Source: Deltaproteobacteria bacterium (GTDB lineage: Bacteria > Myxococcota > Kuafuiibacteriia > Kuafuiibacteriales > Kuafuiibacteriaceae). Taken from it: a stretch of DNA of 64,000 nucleotides. The position numbers and the translations under genes were made by a program. Numbering within the stretch: position 1 is the first letter of the stretch; each line of letters starts with the position of its first letter. Positions 21,158 through 31,084 of this stretch are shown here, in pieces. Below the pieces are notes generated by a model. It searched no databases. It saw nothing but the letters and a program-made list of their open reading frames with translations, and was not told the origin of the DNA. The stretch covers positions 32,001 to 96,000 of the forward strand of contig JAVJQW010000046.1 of NCBI GenBank assembly GCA_040218735.1. Direction: 5' to 3'.

Positions 21158-21993
21158 TCGCCTTGCTCGCGTTACTCGCCGTCGCCCAGCCGGGTGATGC
21201 GAAGAAGTACGATCCGATCGCGGCGATGGAGCGCGCGGTCGAGGCCTACCAAGCCGGGCGCTTCCGCGATGCGGGCGACCAGTTCGTCGATATCTTCGAG
21301 AACACCAAGGTCGCGGCGCAGCTCCGCAACGCCGCGAAGGCGTACCAGGACGGCGACCTCTTCGATGCCGCGATCCTCACCTGGCGCCGCTACCGCGCGC
21401 TCGACGGCCTGAAGGCGAGTGAGATCGCCGAGGCCGACGCGCGCATCCGCTACATGGAAGAACGCCGCGCCGCCGCCGCCGCGCGCGCGGAAGCGGAGGA
21501 AGCGAAGGCCCGCGCCGACGCCGCGGAGCTCGAGAAGCAGGAAGCCAAGGCCCGCGCTGACGCCGCGGAGCGCGAGAAGCAGGAAGCGGAAGCCGCGCGT
21601 TTGGCCGCCGAGCAGCGCGCGAAGTTGGCGCCGCCCCCTCCGCCGCCGATCGAGATCGTCACCGCGCCGCCGCCCCCTGCGCGTCCCTACGGCGCGTACG
21701 TCACGACCGGCGTCGGCGCCGTCGCGCTGGTCGTCGCGGGCGCGCTCTACCTGCACGCCGACGCACGCCTCGGAACACTCGACGATCAGCTCTCCACGCG
21801 AAACGCGTCGGGTCGGATCGTGGGCATCGACCGCCAGGACGCCCAGGCGGAGCTCGACGGCATCAACACCGAGCGCAACATCTCGGCCGCCGCCGCGGGC
21901 GTCGGCGCCGTGGCGCTCGCGGTGGGCGTGGTGTGGTGGGTGCTCGCGGACGAGGCCCCGGAGCCGGGGCAGACGGTGGCGCTGCGGTTCTGA
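21154..21993 (+). CDS. Exported TPR-like/coiled-coil protein with C-terminal hydrophobic segments
   Basis: ATGA overlap with the kinase stop; signal peptide MIALLALLAVAQ; TPR-like AYQAGRFRDA..AYQDGDLFDAA; two hydrophobic C-terminal helices. Confidence 0.75.
   Translation: MIALLALLAVAQPGDAKKYDPIAAMERAVEAYQAGRFRDAGDQFVDIFENTKVAAQLRNAAKAYQDGDLFDAAILTWRRYRALDGLKASEIAEADARIRYMEERRAAAAARAEAEEAKARADAAELEKQEAKARADAAEREKQEAEAARLAAEQRAKLAPPPPPPIEIVTAPPPPARPYGAYVTTGVGAVALVVAGALYLHADARLGTLDDQLSTRNASGRIVGIDRQDAQAELDGINTERNISAAAAGVGAVALAVGVVWWVLADEAPEPGQTVALRF
21499..21595 (+). repeat. Intragenic 42-bp tandem repeat (EAKARADAAE(L/R)EKQ, about 2.3 copies)
   Basis: GAAGCGAAGGCCCGCGCCGACGCCGCGGAG at 21499 recurs with few changes at 21541. 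Confidence 0.8.
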
Positions 21994-22009
21994 CGGCGTT
22001 TTCGATCGC

Positions 22010-22849
22010 TTAGACAGCACCGCGACGGAGCCACGGCGTGGCGGCGTCGAGCTCAAGGAGCGCGCGGAGCGTGGCCTCGGGGTCGTCGCTCGCGATGGCT
22101 TCGAGCGCCTCGTCGCGTTCCTCCGGCGGGAGCGCGAGGAGCTTCGTCGTCGCCGCCGCGATCGCCCGCACCGCTTCGGCGTCGACGTACCGATCCACGA
22201 AACACAGCGGCTCGGCGAGGGGCGGGGCGAGCGCGGCGTGCTCCGACGCGACGTAGAAGCGGTTGCACCCGTCGAACGCGGTCGGGATGTAGTCGGCGCC
22301 CGTGAGGATCGGCTCCCACGCGTCGTGGGATCGCGTGCGAGACAGAGGCCTCGTCGCCTCGACCACCACGATCCGCGGTCGCCACCGCCGAAAGTCCGCG
22401 CCCGCGAGGACACGCGCCTCGGCGCCTTCGACGTCGATGACCATCAGATCGATCGCGCGACCTTCGAGGTGTGTTTCGCAGAGCCCGGCGAGCGTGAACA
22501 GCGGGACGTCGTGGGTTTCGTGGGCGAGCCCGAGCTCGTGCTGCGCGGCGATCGTCGCGTCGAGCGTCGAGAGCCCCGGCGCGTGGGGGAAGAAGTGCAG
22601 CGTCCCGCGACCCGCCGCGTCCCACGCCGCCCCGTGCACGTTGATGTCCTCGGAGCGCTCCGCCTCGAGCCGCGCGAACATCGCCGGCGACGGCTCGACG
22701 TTCACCCCGCGCCACCCGCGGTCGTAGAAGTGTTTGGTGACGGAACCCTCGGAAGGGTGATTCGCGCCGACGTCCACGTACGTCCCGCTCGCGGAGGTGA
22801 GCACGCGCGCGAGCCGGACGTCCTCGTGGTTGGCGGCGTAGCTCAGCAT
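22010..22849 (-). CDS. FkbM family methyltransferase
   Basis: MLSYAANHEDV, YVDVGANHP..SVTKHFYDRGWRGVNVEP, IDVEGAE, RPRIVVVE, FDGCNRFY. Confidence 0.9.
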   Translation of the reverse strand: MLSYAANHEDVRLARVLTSASGTYVDVGANHPSEGSVTKHFYDRGWRGVNVEPSPAMFARLEAERSEDINVHGAAWDAAGRGTLHFFPHAPGLSTLDATIAAQHELGLAHETHDVPLFTLAGLCETHLEGRAIDLMVIDVEGAEARVLAGADFRRWRPRIVVVEATRPLSRTRSHDAWEPILTGADYIPTAFDGCNRFYVASEHAALAPPLAEPLCFVDRYVDAEAVRAIAAATTKLLALPPEERDEALEAIASDDPEATLRALLELDAATPWLRRGAV

Positions 22850-22955
22850 CGGGGCGACGCTACACGGAGGCGAGCAGGGCATCCACGCAGCGCAGGCTTT
22901 CACTTTCTTCGTATTTGCTGCGGATTCCGCATGCGGACGTCGCGTGCCTTCCTGA

Positions 22956-25900
22956 ATGCGACTCCGTTTGCTCCTTATCCCTACACTTATCCTCGCCGCC
23001 TGTAGCGGCTCCGAAAGCGCGGACGACCCCACGGATCCGACGCCTGACGCCGGCTTCACGCCCGAAGACGCCGGTACCACCCCGCGCGACGCCGGCACGG
23101 CCCCCCACGACGCCGGCACCACGGCCTCGCTCTGGGCGTGCTCACCCGACGCCGAGCGCATCGCCGCGCGCGAAGCCTGCGTGCGGGACGCCGACTGCCC
23201 CTGCGGCACGGCGTGCACCCTCGGGGTTTGCCAGGCCGCCTGCGCGACCGACGACGACTGCACCGACGCCGTCTGCGGTCGCTTCGGTACCTGCGTCGCG
23301 GAGATCTCCCGAGACGCGCCGCGCGCGATCGACCGCGTCGCCGATGGCGTACTCCACGCTACGCCCGAGTACCTGGTCGCCTCCGACACCCTGGGCGTGC
23401 GTCCGATCGTCGTCACCGCCCAGACCCGCGCGCTCGACACGGTTCGCGTCGCCGCGAGCGACGGCGTCGAGGTGAAGTGCCCCGGCGGGGCGTTCGCCGC
23501 GGAGTGCCTCGTCGAAGGTGTCACCGTGGATGAGCGCGTCGAGGTCGAAGTGCAGCTCACCGCGCCGCTCGCCGACGCCGAGATCCGTCGCGTGCAGATC
23601 TTCGCCGCGAATCAGCGCGCCGAAGTCGGCGTCACCAGCGATGCCGCCGTGCGCTCCGCGATCGCGCTCGACGACGACGCCCCGCTCGCCGGCATCTACA
23701 CCGGTCACGCACGACGTCTCGGGTTGGCGCCACTCACGCTCCCGATCAGCGCGCGCCTGTACGACGACGGCACAAACGTCGTCTTCGAAGCCGAGGATCC
23801 GTGGCGCATCTTCCACCCCTCCGGTCGTCTCATCGGCACCGCGACCACCGGCGCCGCCGCCGATCTCGTGACCAGCGCGATGCGCTTCCCGGCCACGCTC
23901 CACGACGACGGCGACTTCGTCCCCGCCGCGACCGGCGCGCTCGTGATCGACGAGACCCGCACGATGGAGTTCTTCTACGACGTCGGCGGCGCGGCCGACG
24001 TGCGCTGGCACTTCGCCCTCGAACGCGCCGGCGAGCTCCCCGGGGGCACGGCGCCCGTCGTTCCGGAAGACGACCCCACGCCGGACATCGACAGCTACGT
24101 CGATGCGCTCGGTGACAACTGGCAGACCAACTCCATCGCACGCCGCTACGCGTTCGCCGAGTACCTCGTCAGCCCGGAGTCGCGCCTCGAGCTGTGCGGG
24201 CCCGAGCTCTTCAGCACGATCACCATCGAGGCGACCAACGTCCTCTTCACCGGGAGCGCGGAAGGCGACGGCGGCTCGGTCGGCAGCAGCGGCAACCCGC
24301 TCGTCGACATGTTCACCGGCGCGAGCCGCGTGAACCGCACCGAGCTCCGCTACGAAAGCGGCGCCTGGGGCAACGGCAACGACACGGGCAACGCGATTCC
24401 GTGCGCGATCGAGTTCGAACGGTTCCAAACCACGCAGAGCGGGCACCAGATCGTCTTCGACCCGGGCACCGTCGATCACTGCGCCACGCTCGCCGAGGAC
24501 ACCGGCTGCACCGTCTACGCGACACCGAGCCCGCGCTCGATCGAGATCATCTACTCCGGGGTCCAAGCGCCGAGCGGCTTCGCGTACCCCTACGTTCGCG
24601 ACGCGGCGATCGTAGGCGTGTGCCGCATGGACGGCGCGCTCGCGAAGCGCTGCGGCGAAGCCGTGTCGTGCTTCGAACGCAGCGGGAGCGACACGCTCTC
24701 CTCGCACCTCACCGCCGGGGCGCTCGTCCCCGCGACGGGTGATCTCACCTGCACGGCCGGGGGCGAGACGCTCGCGTTCGACGCGGACCTCACGCTCGAC
24801 GACGCCGGCACGTTGTTCGCGACGTGCCTCGAAGAGCTCACGGATGCACCGGACGCACCGCCCGCGAACGGTGACATCGCCGGCTCGCTCACGAGCTGGT
24901 TCCCGAACCGGTCTTGCGTCGAGAAGACCCGCGAGCTCACCGCGATCGAAGCCTTCGCGCAGTCGGCCGAAGGGCGCCCCGGCGCCCACCGCCTCCTGCA
25001 GCGCTGGCTCGGCCTCCATGCGTTCCTCGCGCGCGAAGGCGCGCAGCGGGTGCACCTGCCCTCCGCGGTCGTACAGACGAGCCCGAGCGATCTCGACGCG
25101 CGCGAGATCCTCGAGCTCAGCGTCGACGCCTGGGAGCCCGTGCTCGGGTCGATGGCCCTCGTGCTCGCCGACGACGACGTCCTCGCGATGCCCGACTACC
25201 GCCCCTGGTTCGACGACACCGCGCCGGCCGCGACGGGTACCGAAGAGCTCGCGCAGGGCCTCCCCGTCCTCGTGCTCGACACGATCGTCGCGCAGGTCGA
25301 GCTCGCAGAAGCGTACCTGGAGCTGTCGCAGACGGACCTTACGGGCGCAGGGCTGCGTCGCATGGGGCGTGTGCTGCGGTACGCGAGTGAAGCCGAGTCG
25401 ATGGCGGAGGCCGCGTACGCTCGGATGCCCAACGCGACGTGGTCCGCGGACTACCTCGCGCGGCGTGACAGCCTGCGTGCGGCGATCGGTCGGGTGTCGG
25501 CGAAGCTCACCGCGCTCGGCACCGGCGACAACCTCCTCGGCGTCGCGGAGGACGATCTGCCGTTGTACTTCTTCGGCGACGAGATGACGGCGAGCCAGCG
25601 CTTCACCGCGATCTCCGACTTCCTCCTCGGCGACTCGTTCAACAGCCTCACGGCGTGGGCGCCGCAGGTCGTCGCGCAGGCCGATACCGATCTCGAAGAC
25701 GCGCGTACCGCGTTCATCGCGCAGTCGGACCGAGAGCTGCAGCGTACCCGGGATACGCGAGACCAGGAGATCCTGATCCAAAATCTGAAGCAGCAGTACG
25801 GCGACGATCTCTTCAACCTCTGCGGCGCTCCGAGCACGCTCCTCGGCGCGCAGCTCCTCGAAGAGTGGGAGACGGGGCAGGGCCGCCCGTTCTCGCCGGA

Positions 25901-27968
25901 CGACTGCTACATCGACCACGCGGACACGACGTGCACGCAGAGCTTCGACGTCGAAGGTCCCGACTACGTGTCGATCCTCCGCGCGGACGACATCGCGTAC
26001 CAGGTGTGCCTCCTCACCGAGAAGCGCCTCGCCATCTTCGATGTGTTCCCGTTCGTCCCCTTCGTGGTGGGCGGCGCGCCTGGGCAGAGCACGACCCTGA
26101 TGTCGGCGGGCCTCTGCGGGCGCAACGGTGGCACGATCGCCGTCGAAGCCTGCGGCGAGGACGAGATCTGCTACAGCTGCACGAGCGACGACGAGACGGT
26201 CACGATGCAGATGACGCAGGCGGAGCTCATGGAGCTCGGCGGCGGCCTCGACGTCCCGCTGAAGGCGCGCACTGCGGCGCGGTCGGCCTGTGCGGACCGT
26301 TTCCCGAACGCGCGCACCACGCTGCCGAGCCTCGAAGACGTCCCCGGCGTCGACCTCGACGTGCCCGCCTGCTACCGCGGTGCGCTCGGTGAGCAGGCGC
26401 TGACGCTCCGTGCGCTCGCCACCGAAGTCGAGATCGCGCGCTCCGAGCTCGCGGAGCTGAACGACGCGTACGACATCGCGATCCAGAGCTGCCTGATCCT
26501 CCAACAGGGCAACGTCCAGATCGAGGACGCCACCGCGAAACACAACGAGACGATGACCGAGCTGCGCGAAGCGAAGCTCGCGGCGGACATCGTCGCCAAC
26601 GTCGCCGCTGGCGTGAAGGACTGCGCATCGTCGGTCGGGGTGTCACCGTTTGCTTCCGGCGCCGCGTGCGCGGGCGCGGCCACCGAGGCGGCGGCGCTCT
26701 CGGTGTCCGACGGCATGGCCTTCGCGATGGAGGAAGCCCAGCAGAAACACGACACGCTCATCACGCAGATCGAGAACGACATCTCCGAGCGCACGTGTTT
26801 CAACGAGGCCGAGCTCGAGCTGGTCGGCGCGCGCACCGCTGTGCTCCGCATCCAGCAGACGATGATCGAGCTCGAAGCCGCGAACCTCGCGTTCGAGAAC
26901 ATGAAGGTCGCAGCGCAGGGCGTCTGGGACGACGGACACGCAAACCTGGCCTTCCTCGAAGAGCGGTTCGTGACCCCGATGGCGCACGACTACTGGCTCG
27001 ACGAACGCGTCACGACGTACGAGCGGAGCTTCCGCCTCGCGAAGCGTGTCACCTACCTCACCGTGCGCGCCGTGGAGTACGAGCTTCAGCAGACGTTGGT
27101 CGATACGAGCGGCGAGTCGCTCCGCAACCTGTCGCTCACGGCGGAGAGCCCGTCGGATCTCGAGGGAGTACTGCAGGAGCTGTACAGCTTCGCCGGCGTT
27201 CGGAGCATCAACGGCAACCGCCCCACCGACTCGAAGGTGGTCGTGAGCCTGCGTCGGCATCTGATGCAGCTCGCCGACGGCTCGTCGCGGCCCGCCGGTT
27301 GGCAGACGCTCACGGAAGAAGAGCGATTCCAGCTGCTGCTGTCGGATTCGCGCTACGCGACGTTCGATGACGACGGTCGCTACCTCGGGCAGCAGATCCC
27401 ATTCACGGTGTCGCCGCTCGGTACGCTCGGCCTCGGCGACGCACAGGGCATCGGTGTCCTCGCGGCGAACTCCTGCGCGGAGCGCGTGTGGTCGGTGAAC
27501 GCGTCGATCGTCGCGAGCGGTGACTTCTTCGTGGGTGACGATCCGTCGTTCATCAACGTCGATCTATTGAAGCGAAACACCTTCTACAGCCAGTGGTGCA
27601 GCTCGCGGGGCCGCGAGGATGCGTTTCAGTTGGCGTCGGTGCGCCCGTCGAAGAACCTCTTCCGCGACCCGAGCGCGGGCGTCGCAGTGGGCGGCACGTT
27701 CCTGGGTGTGCAGAACGAGACCGCGGCCTACACGCGGGCGCAGATCGAAGCGGTGTTCAACGTGTCTCGCGAGGACTTCTCGGATGACGCCTACGCCAAC
27801 GGTCAGACCACGCAGCTCGCCGCGCGCGGCCTGTATGGCGAGTACGCGCTGTTCCTCCCCGCTGCCATCATCAGCGAGACGACGGGGAACACGGCGAGCA
27901 GCGGGCTGGACCTGACCAAGGTCGAGGACATCCTGCTGCGCATGGACTACGTGTCCGTCGCCCGTTGA
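22956..27968 (+). CDS. 1670-aa Cys-rich lipoprotein; C-terminal region resembles the Tc toxin A channel and TcB-binding domain
   Basis: Lipobox LAA-C, DAG linker, Cys-rich repeats (CVRDADC, CATDDDC), long coiled coil with a small-residue hydrophobic hairpin, ending ARGLYGEYALFLP..LDLTKVEDILLRMDYVSVAR. The CDS is secure; the function is inferred. Confidence 0.8.
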   Translation: MRLRLLLIPTLILAACSGSESADDPTDPTPDAGFTPEDAGTTPRDAGTAPHDAGTTASLWACSPDAERIAAREACVRDADCPCGTACTLGVCQAACATDDDCTDAVCGRFGTCVAEISRDAPRAIDRVADGVLHATPEYLVASDTLGVRPIVVTAQTRALDTVRVAASDGVEVKCPGGAFAAECLVEGVTVDERVEVEVQLTAPLADAEIRRVQIFAANQRAEVGVTSDAAVRSAIALDDDAPLAGIYTGHARRLGLAPLTLPISARLYDDGTNVVFEAEDPWRIFHPSGRLIGTATTGAAADLVTSAMRFPATLHDDGDFVPAATGALVIDETRTMEFFYDVGGAADVRWHFALERAGELPGGTAPVVPEDDPTPDIDSYVDALGDNWQTNSIARRYAFAEYLVSPESRLELCGPELFSTITIEATNVLFTGSAEGDGGSVGSSGNPLVDMFTGASRVNRTELRYESGAWGNGNDTGNAIPCAIEFERFQTTQSGHQIVFDPGTVDHCATLAEDTGCTVYATPSPRSIEIIYSGVQAPSGFAYPYVRDAAIVGVCRMDGALAKRCGEAVSCFERSGSDTLSSHLTAGALVPATGDLTCTAGGETLAFDADLTLDDAGTLFATCLEELTDAPDAPPANGDIAGSLTSWFPNRSCVEKTRELTAIEAFAQSAEGRPGAHRLLQRWLGLHAFLAREGAQRVHLPSAVVQTSPSDLDAREILELSVDAWEPVLGSMALVLADDDVLAMPDYRPWFDDTAPAATGTEELAQGLPVLVLDTIVAQVELAEAYLELSQTDLTGAGLRRMGRVLRYASEAESMAEAAYARMPNATWSADYLARRDSLRAAIGRVSAKLTALGTGDNLLGVAEDDLPLYFFGDEMTASQRFTAISDFLLGDSFNSLTAWAPQVVAQADTDLEDARTAFIAQSDRELQRTRDTRDQEILIQNLKQQYGDDLFNLCGAPSTLLGAQLLEEWETGQGRPFSPDDCYIDHADTTCTQSFDVEGPDYVSILRADDIAYQVCLLTEKRLAIFDVFPFVPFVVGGAPGQSTTLMSAGLCGRNGGTIAVEACGEDEICYSCTSDDETVTMQMTQAELMELGGGLDVPLKARTAARSACADRFPNARTTLPSLEDVPGVDLDVPACYRGALGEQALTLRALATEVEIARSELAELNDAYDIAIQSCLILQQGNVQIEDATAKHNETMTELREAKLAADIVANVAAGVKDCASSVGVSPFASGAACAGAATEAAALSVSDGMAFAMEEAQQKHDTLITQIENDISERTCFNEAELELVGARTAVLRIQQTMIELEAANLAFENMKVAAQGVWDDGHANLAFLEERFVTPMAHDYWLDERVTTYERSFRLAKRVTYLTVRAVEYELQQTLVDTSGESLRNLSLTAESPSDLEGVLQELYSFAGVRSINGNRPTDSKVVVSLRRHLMQLADGSSRPAGWQTLTEEERFQLLLSDSRYATFDDDGRYLGQQIPFTVSPLGTLGLGDAQGIGVLAANSCAERVWSVNASIVASGDFFVGDDPSFINVDLLKRNTFYSQWCSSRGREDAFQLASVRPSKNLFRDPSAGVAVGGTFLGVQNETAAYTRAQIEAVFNVSREDFSDDAYANGQTTQLAARGLYGEYALFLPAAIISETTGNTASSGLDLTKVEDILLRMDYVSVAR

Positions 27969-27984
27969 CCGGTTGGGGGCACGG

Positions 27985-29583
27985 TCAGTGCCCCCAGCTC
28001 ATCGCGACCACGTAAGCCACGGTCGCCGCCGTCGCGATCGCGACCACCACCCACGGCCACCGCGAGGGCGGGGCGGGCTCGGGCACCAGCTCCTCGAGCC
28101 GGCCCACCGCGCGCGTGGGCGCGACGTCGTTCGAGGCGGTCGACGGCGCGAGCTCCACCCGCCGCGTCGGACCCACCGGGCCGTCCTCGGTCGGCGGCTG
28201 CGACGCCGCCGACAACGTCCGTTGCACGGCGCGGAGGCGTCGCACCGTCGATGAGTAGGCGGGCTCGGCTTCCTCCGCGTCCTCGACGTCCTCTTCGTCC
28301 ACGATGTCGTCGGTCGTCGTGAGCTGCACCTTCGAGGCCCCCGCGGCCGGCAGCGACGGGTTCGTCGGCTCGGCGGTGATCGCCGCGAAGTCCAGCGGCA
28401 TCAGCCGGCTGAACACGTCGCGCCCCATCACCGTCGCGAGCGGATCGCCCGGCACCACCTCCGCGAGGTCGCGCAGCCGTGACGCGACCTGGGCCGCGGT
28501 CTGCATCCGCTCCTCCGGCAACACCGCGGTCATCTGTACGAGCAGCTCGGCGACCGCGTTCGGGACGTCGTACTTCGCCTCGTCCAGGCACGCGCGCATC
28601 GCCGGCTCGCTCTCGGTGATCAACATCAGCTGCGGCGGCAGCACCCGTCGCCCGCCGATCATCTCCGCGAGGATCAGCCCCAGCGCGAAGATGTCCGCGC
28701 GGCTGTCGACGCGGGTTCCCGAGCGGCACTGCTCCGGCGCCATGTACCCGAGCTTGCCGCGGAGCTGACCGTGCTGCGTCTCGGTGTCGCGCCCCGCGAA
28801 GCGCGCGATCCCGAAGTCGACGAGCTTCACGATCCCCTCGCGCGACAGCAGCACGTTGTGGGGCGTGACGTCGCGGTGCACGAGCTCCAGCGGCGAGCCG
28901 TCTTCGCGCGTGGCGGTGTGTGCGTAGGCCAACGCCTCCGCCGCCTGCGCGCCGAGCTCCAACACCGAGCGCAGCGGCAACCGCGCTGGGTCGATCAGAC
29001 GCGCGAGCTCCCGCAGCGAGATCCCGTCGATGAGCTCGAACGCGAGGTACGGGACCCCCTCGACCTCGCCGCGATCGTACAGCTGCACGATCCCGGGGTG
29101 GTTCAGCCGCGCGCACGCCTGACCCTCCTCCTCGAAGAGCTGCCGAAGCTGTGGGTGGTCGGCGATCTGCGGGAGCATCACCTTCACCACCGCGAGCCGC
29201 ACCTCGGAACCCGCGCGCGCGCGCGCCGCCAGCCGGACCTCGGCCATCCCGCCGCGCCCGATCACCCCGAACAGGACGTAGTCACCGAACGGCTTGCCCG
29301 ACGCGTCGACGCCCTGCCGCCGCACCTCCCGGAGCTGCGCCAAGAACTCGGGCGCCAGCTCGGACGTGGACGGCTCTTCGGCGATGCGCCCCTCGGCCCG
29401 CGCCTTCTCGACCAGCGCGGTCAACGCGCGTCGATCCACGCGGCGGGTGGTCGGGTCGAAGACCGAGTCGGTCGCGTCGTCGAACTTCGGGTGGAACGTC
29501 GCCGTCCCCGCGCCCGCGACCGCCGATGGACCCGACGGCAGCTCGGTCGGCGCCTCGTCGTCGTGCGAACCGTCGCGACTCAC
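27985..29583 (-). CDS. Membrane Ser/Thr protein kinase
   Basis: IGRGGMAEV, AVVK, HRDVTPHN, DFG, GKLGYMAPEQ; C-terminal TM WPWVVVAIATAATVAYVV. Confidence 0.93.
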   Translation of the reverse strand: MSRDGSHDDEAPTELPSGPSAVAGAGTATFHPKFDDATDSVFDPTTRRVDRRALTALVEKARAEGRIAEEPSTSELAPEFLAQLREVRRQGVDASGKPFGDYVLFGVIGRGGMAEVRLAARARAGSEVRLAVVKVMLPQIADHPQLRQLFEEEGQACARLNHPGIVQLYDRGEVEGVPYLAFELIDGISLRELARLIDPARLPLRSVLELGAQAAEALAYAHTATREDGSPLELVHRDVTPHNVLLSREGIVKLVDFGIARFAGRDTETQHGQLRGKLGYMAPEQCRSGTRVDSRADIFALGLILAEMIGGRRVLPPQLMLITESEPAMRACLDEAKYDVPNAVAELLVQMTAVLPEERMQTAAQVASRLRDLAEVVPGDPLATVMGRDVFSRLMPLDFAAITAEPTNPSLPAAGASKVQLTTTDDIVDEEDVEDAEEAEPAYSSTVRRLRAVQRTLSAASQPPTEDGPVGPTRRVELAPSTASNDVAPTRAVGRLEELVPEPAPPSRWPWVVVAIATAATVAYVVAMSWGH

Positions 29584-29650
29584 CGTCCGCCCGGTTTAAC
29601 GCAGCGTCGTCCGATTTGACACCCACGCGGCCCCTTCCTAAACAGAGTCG

Positions 29651-30961
29651 GTGACGCGCGACGCCCATACTTCGACGCTGACCGTCGCCGGGGGCGACGC
29701 GCAGCAGCTCGAGCGCCGCACGTTCGTCCTCCACGTGGTCGAAGGGCCGGACGCCGGGACGTCCCGCGAGGTCGGCGCGGGCCACATGGTCATCGGCTCC
29801 GCCGCCGACGCCGACCTCGTGCTCACCGACCCGACCATCTCCCGCCGCCACGTCGAGCTCCGCGCGCTCTCCGACGGCGTGCTCGTCGTCGACCTCGACA
29901 GCAAGAACGGGACGCGGGTGGGGGGCATCCGGGTCAAGGAGGCGCTCCTCCCCCCCGACGGCACGTTCGCGCTGGGCTCGACGACGGTGCGTGTCGAGCA
30001 GGTCCGAGAGGCGCTCGACGTCACGCCCGACGGCACGGTCCGCTTCGGCGACTACCTCACCTGCAACAAGAAGCTCGCCGCGCAGCTCGAGCTGTTGCGC
30101 CGCGTCGCGAAGTCCGAGGCCACCGTCCTCGTCGAGGGCCCCACCGGCACCGGCAAGGAGCTGCTCGCCCGCGGGATCCACGACGCCTCCGAGCGCAAGG
30201 ACGCACCGTTCATGGTCGTCGACTGCAGCGCGGTGAGCCCGTCGCTGCTGGAGAGCCAGCTCTTCGGGCACAAGAAGGGTGCGTTCACCGGCGCCGTCGA
30301 AGATCACCAAGGCGCGTTCGAGGCGGCGCAGGGCGGCACGGTCTTCCTCGACGAGCTCGGCGAGCTGCCGCTCGACCTGCAACCCAAGTTGCTCCGCGCG
30401 CTCGAGGCACGAACGATTCGCCGCGTCGGCGAGGTCGTCGATCGTCCCATCCAAGTGCGCTTCGTCGCGGCGACCAACCGCGACCTCAAGGCGATGGCGA
30501 AGGCCGGCACGTTTCGCGACGACCTCTACTACCGCGTCGCCGTCGTGCGCGTGAGTGTCCCGCCGATCGCGGAGCGTCCCGAAGACGTCCCGCTCCTCGC
30601 GCAGCACTACGTCGACCAGCTCACGGAGGGCATGCGTGTGCTCTCGCCCGACGCCTACCTCACCCTCTCGCAGTACGACTGGCCCGGCAACGCCCGCGAG
30701 CTGCGCAACGTGATCCAACGGGCGCTCGCCGTGTCCGACAAGTCGGAGATCGAGCCCGAGGACCTGTTCGTGGAGTCGAGCGAGGAGTCCCCGGCGTCGT
30801 TCCACGAGGCGAAGGACCAGCTGATCGCCTCGTTCGAGGTGCGCTACGTGCGCGCGCTGCTCGAGCGCCATCGGGGAAACGTCAGCCGCGCCGCGAAGGA
30901 AGCGGGACTTTCGCGCAACGCACTCTATGCGCTGATGAAACGCGCGGGCGTTTCCACGTAA
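29651..30961 (+). CDS. FHA-domain sigma54-dependent enhancer-binding protein
   Basis: [20 protein letters not shown]; AAA+ [36 protein letters not shown]; Fis [17 protein letters not shown]. Confidence 0.95.
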   Translation: MTRDAHTSTLTVAGGDAQQLERRTFVLHVVEGPDAGTSREVGAGHMVIGSAADADLVLTDPTISRRHVELRALSDGVLVVDLDSKNGTRVGGIRVKEALLPPDGTFALGSTTVRVEQVREALDVTPDGTVRFGDYLTCNKKLAAQLELLRRVAKSEATVLVEGPTGTGKELLARGIHDASERKDAPFMVVDCSAVSPSLLESQLFGHKKGAFTGAVEDHQGAFEAAQGGTVFLDELGELPLDLQPKLLRALEARTIRRVGEVVDRPIQVRFVAATNRDLKAMAKAGTFRDDLYYRVAVVRVSVPPIAERPEDVPLLAQHYVDQLTEGMRVLSPDAYLTLSQYDWPGNARELRNVIQRALAVSDKSEIEPEDLFVESSEESPASFHEAKDQLIASFEVRYVRALLERHRGNVSRAAKEAGLSRNALYALMKRAGVST

Positions 30962-31084
30962 GGTCGCGTGTTTGGCACGGCCCGCCGGGTCCGACGGATG
31001 ACCGATGAGCCGTCGTCTGTTTCTTGCGCTCCGACGTCCACGCTCTATTAAATCGAGATTCGCCGCTCGCGTTTCTTGGCATCC

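Noticed and set aside
23142-26543. 1133-aa minus-strand ORF, and similar long antisense ORFs (29282-32596, 51923-54553, 54636-57500, 37653-39701)
   Set aside because: Shadow ORFs opposite well-supported genes. High GC suppresses stop codons, and the translations are Arg/Val/Ala-rich with no motifs.
30972-30990. TTGGCACG sigma54 -24 element downstream of the FHA activator
   Set aside because: No correctly spaced -12 TGC element follows.
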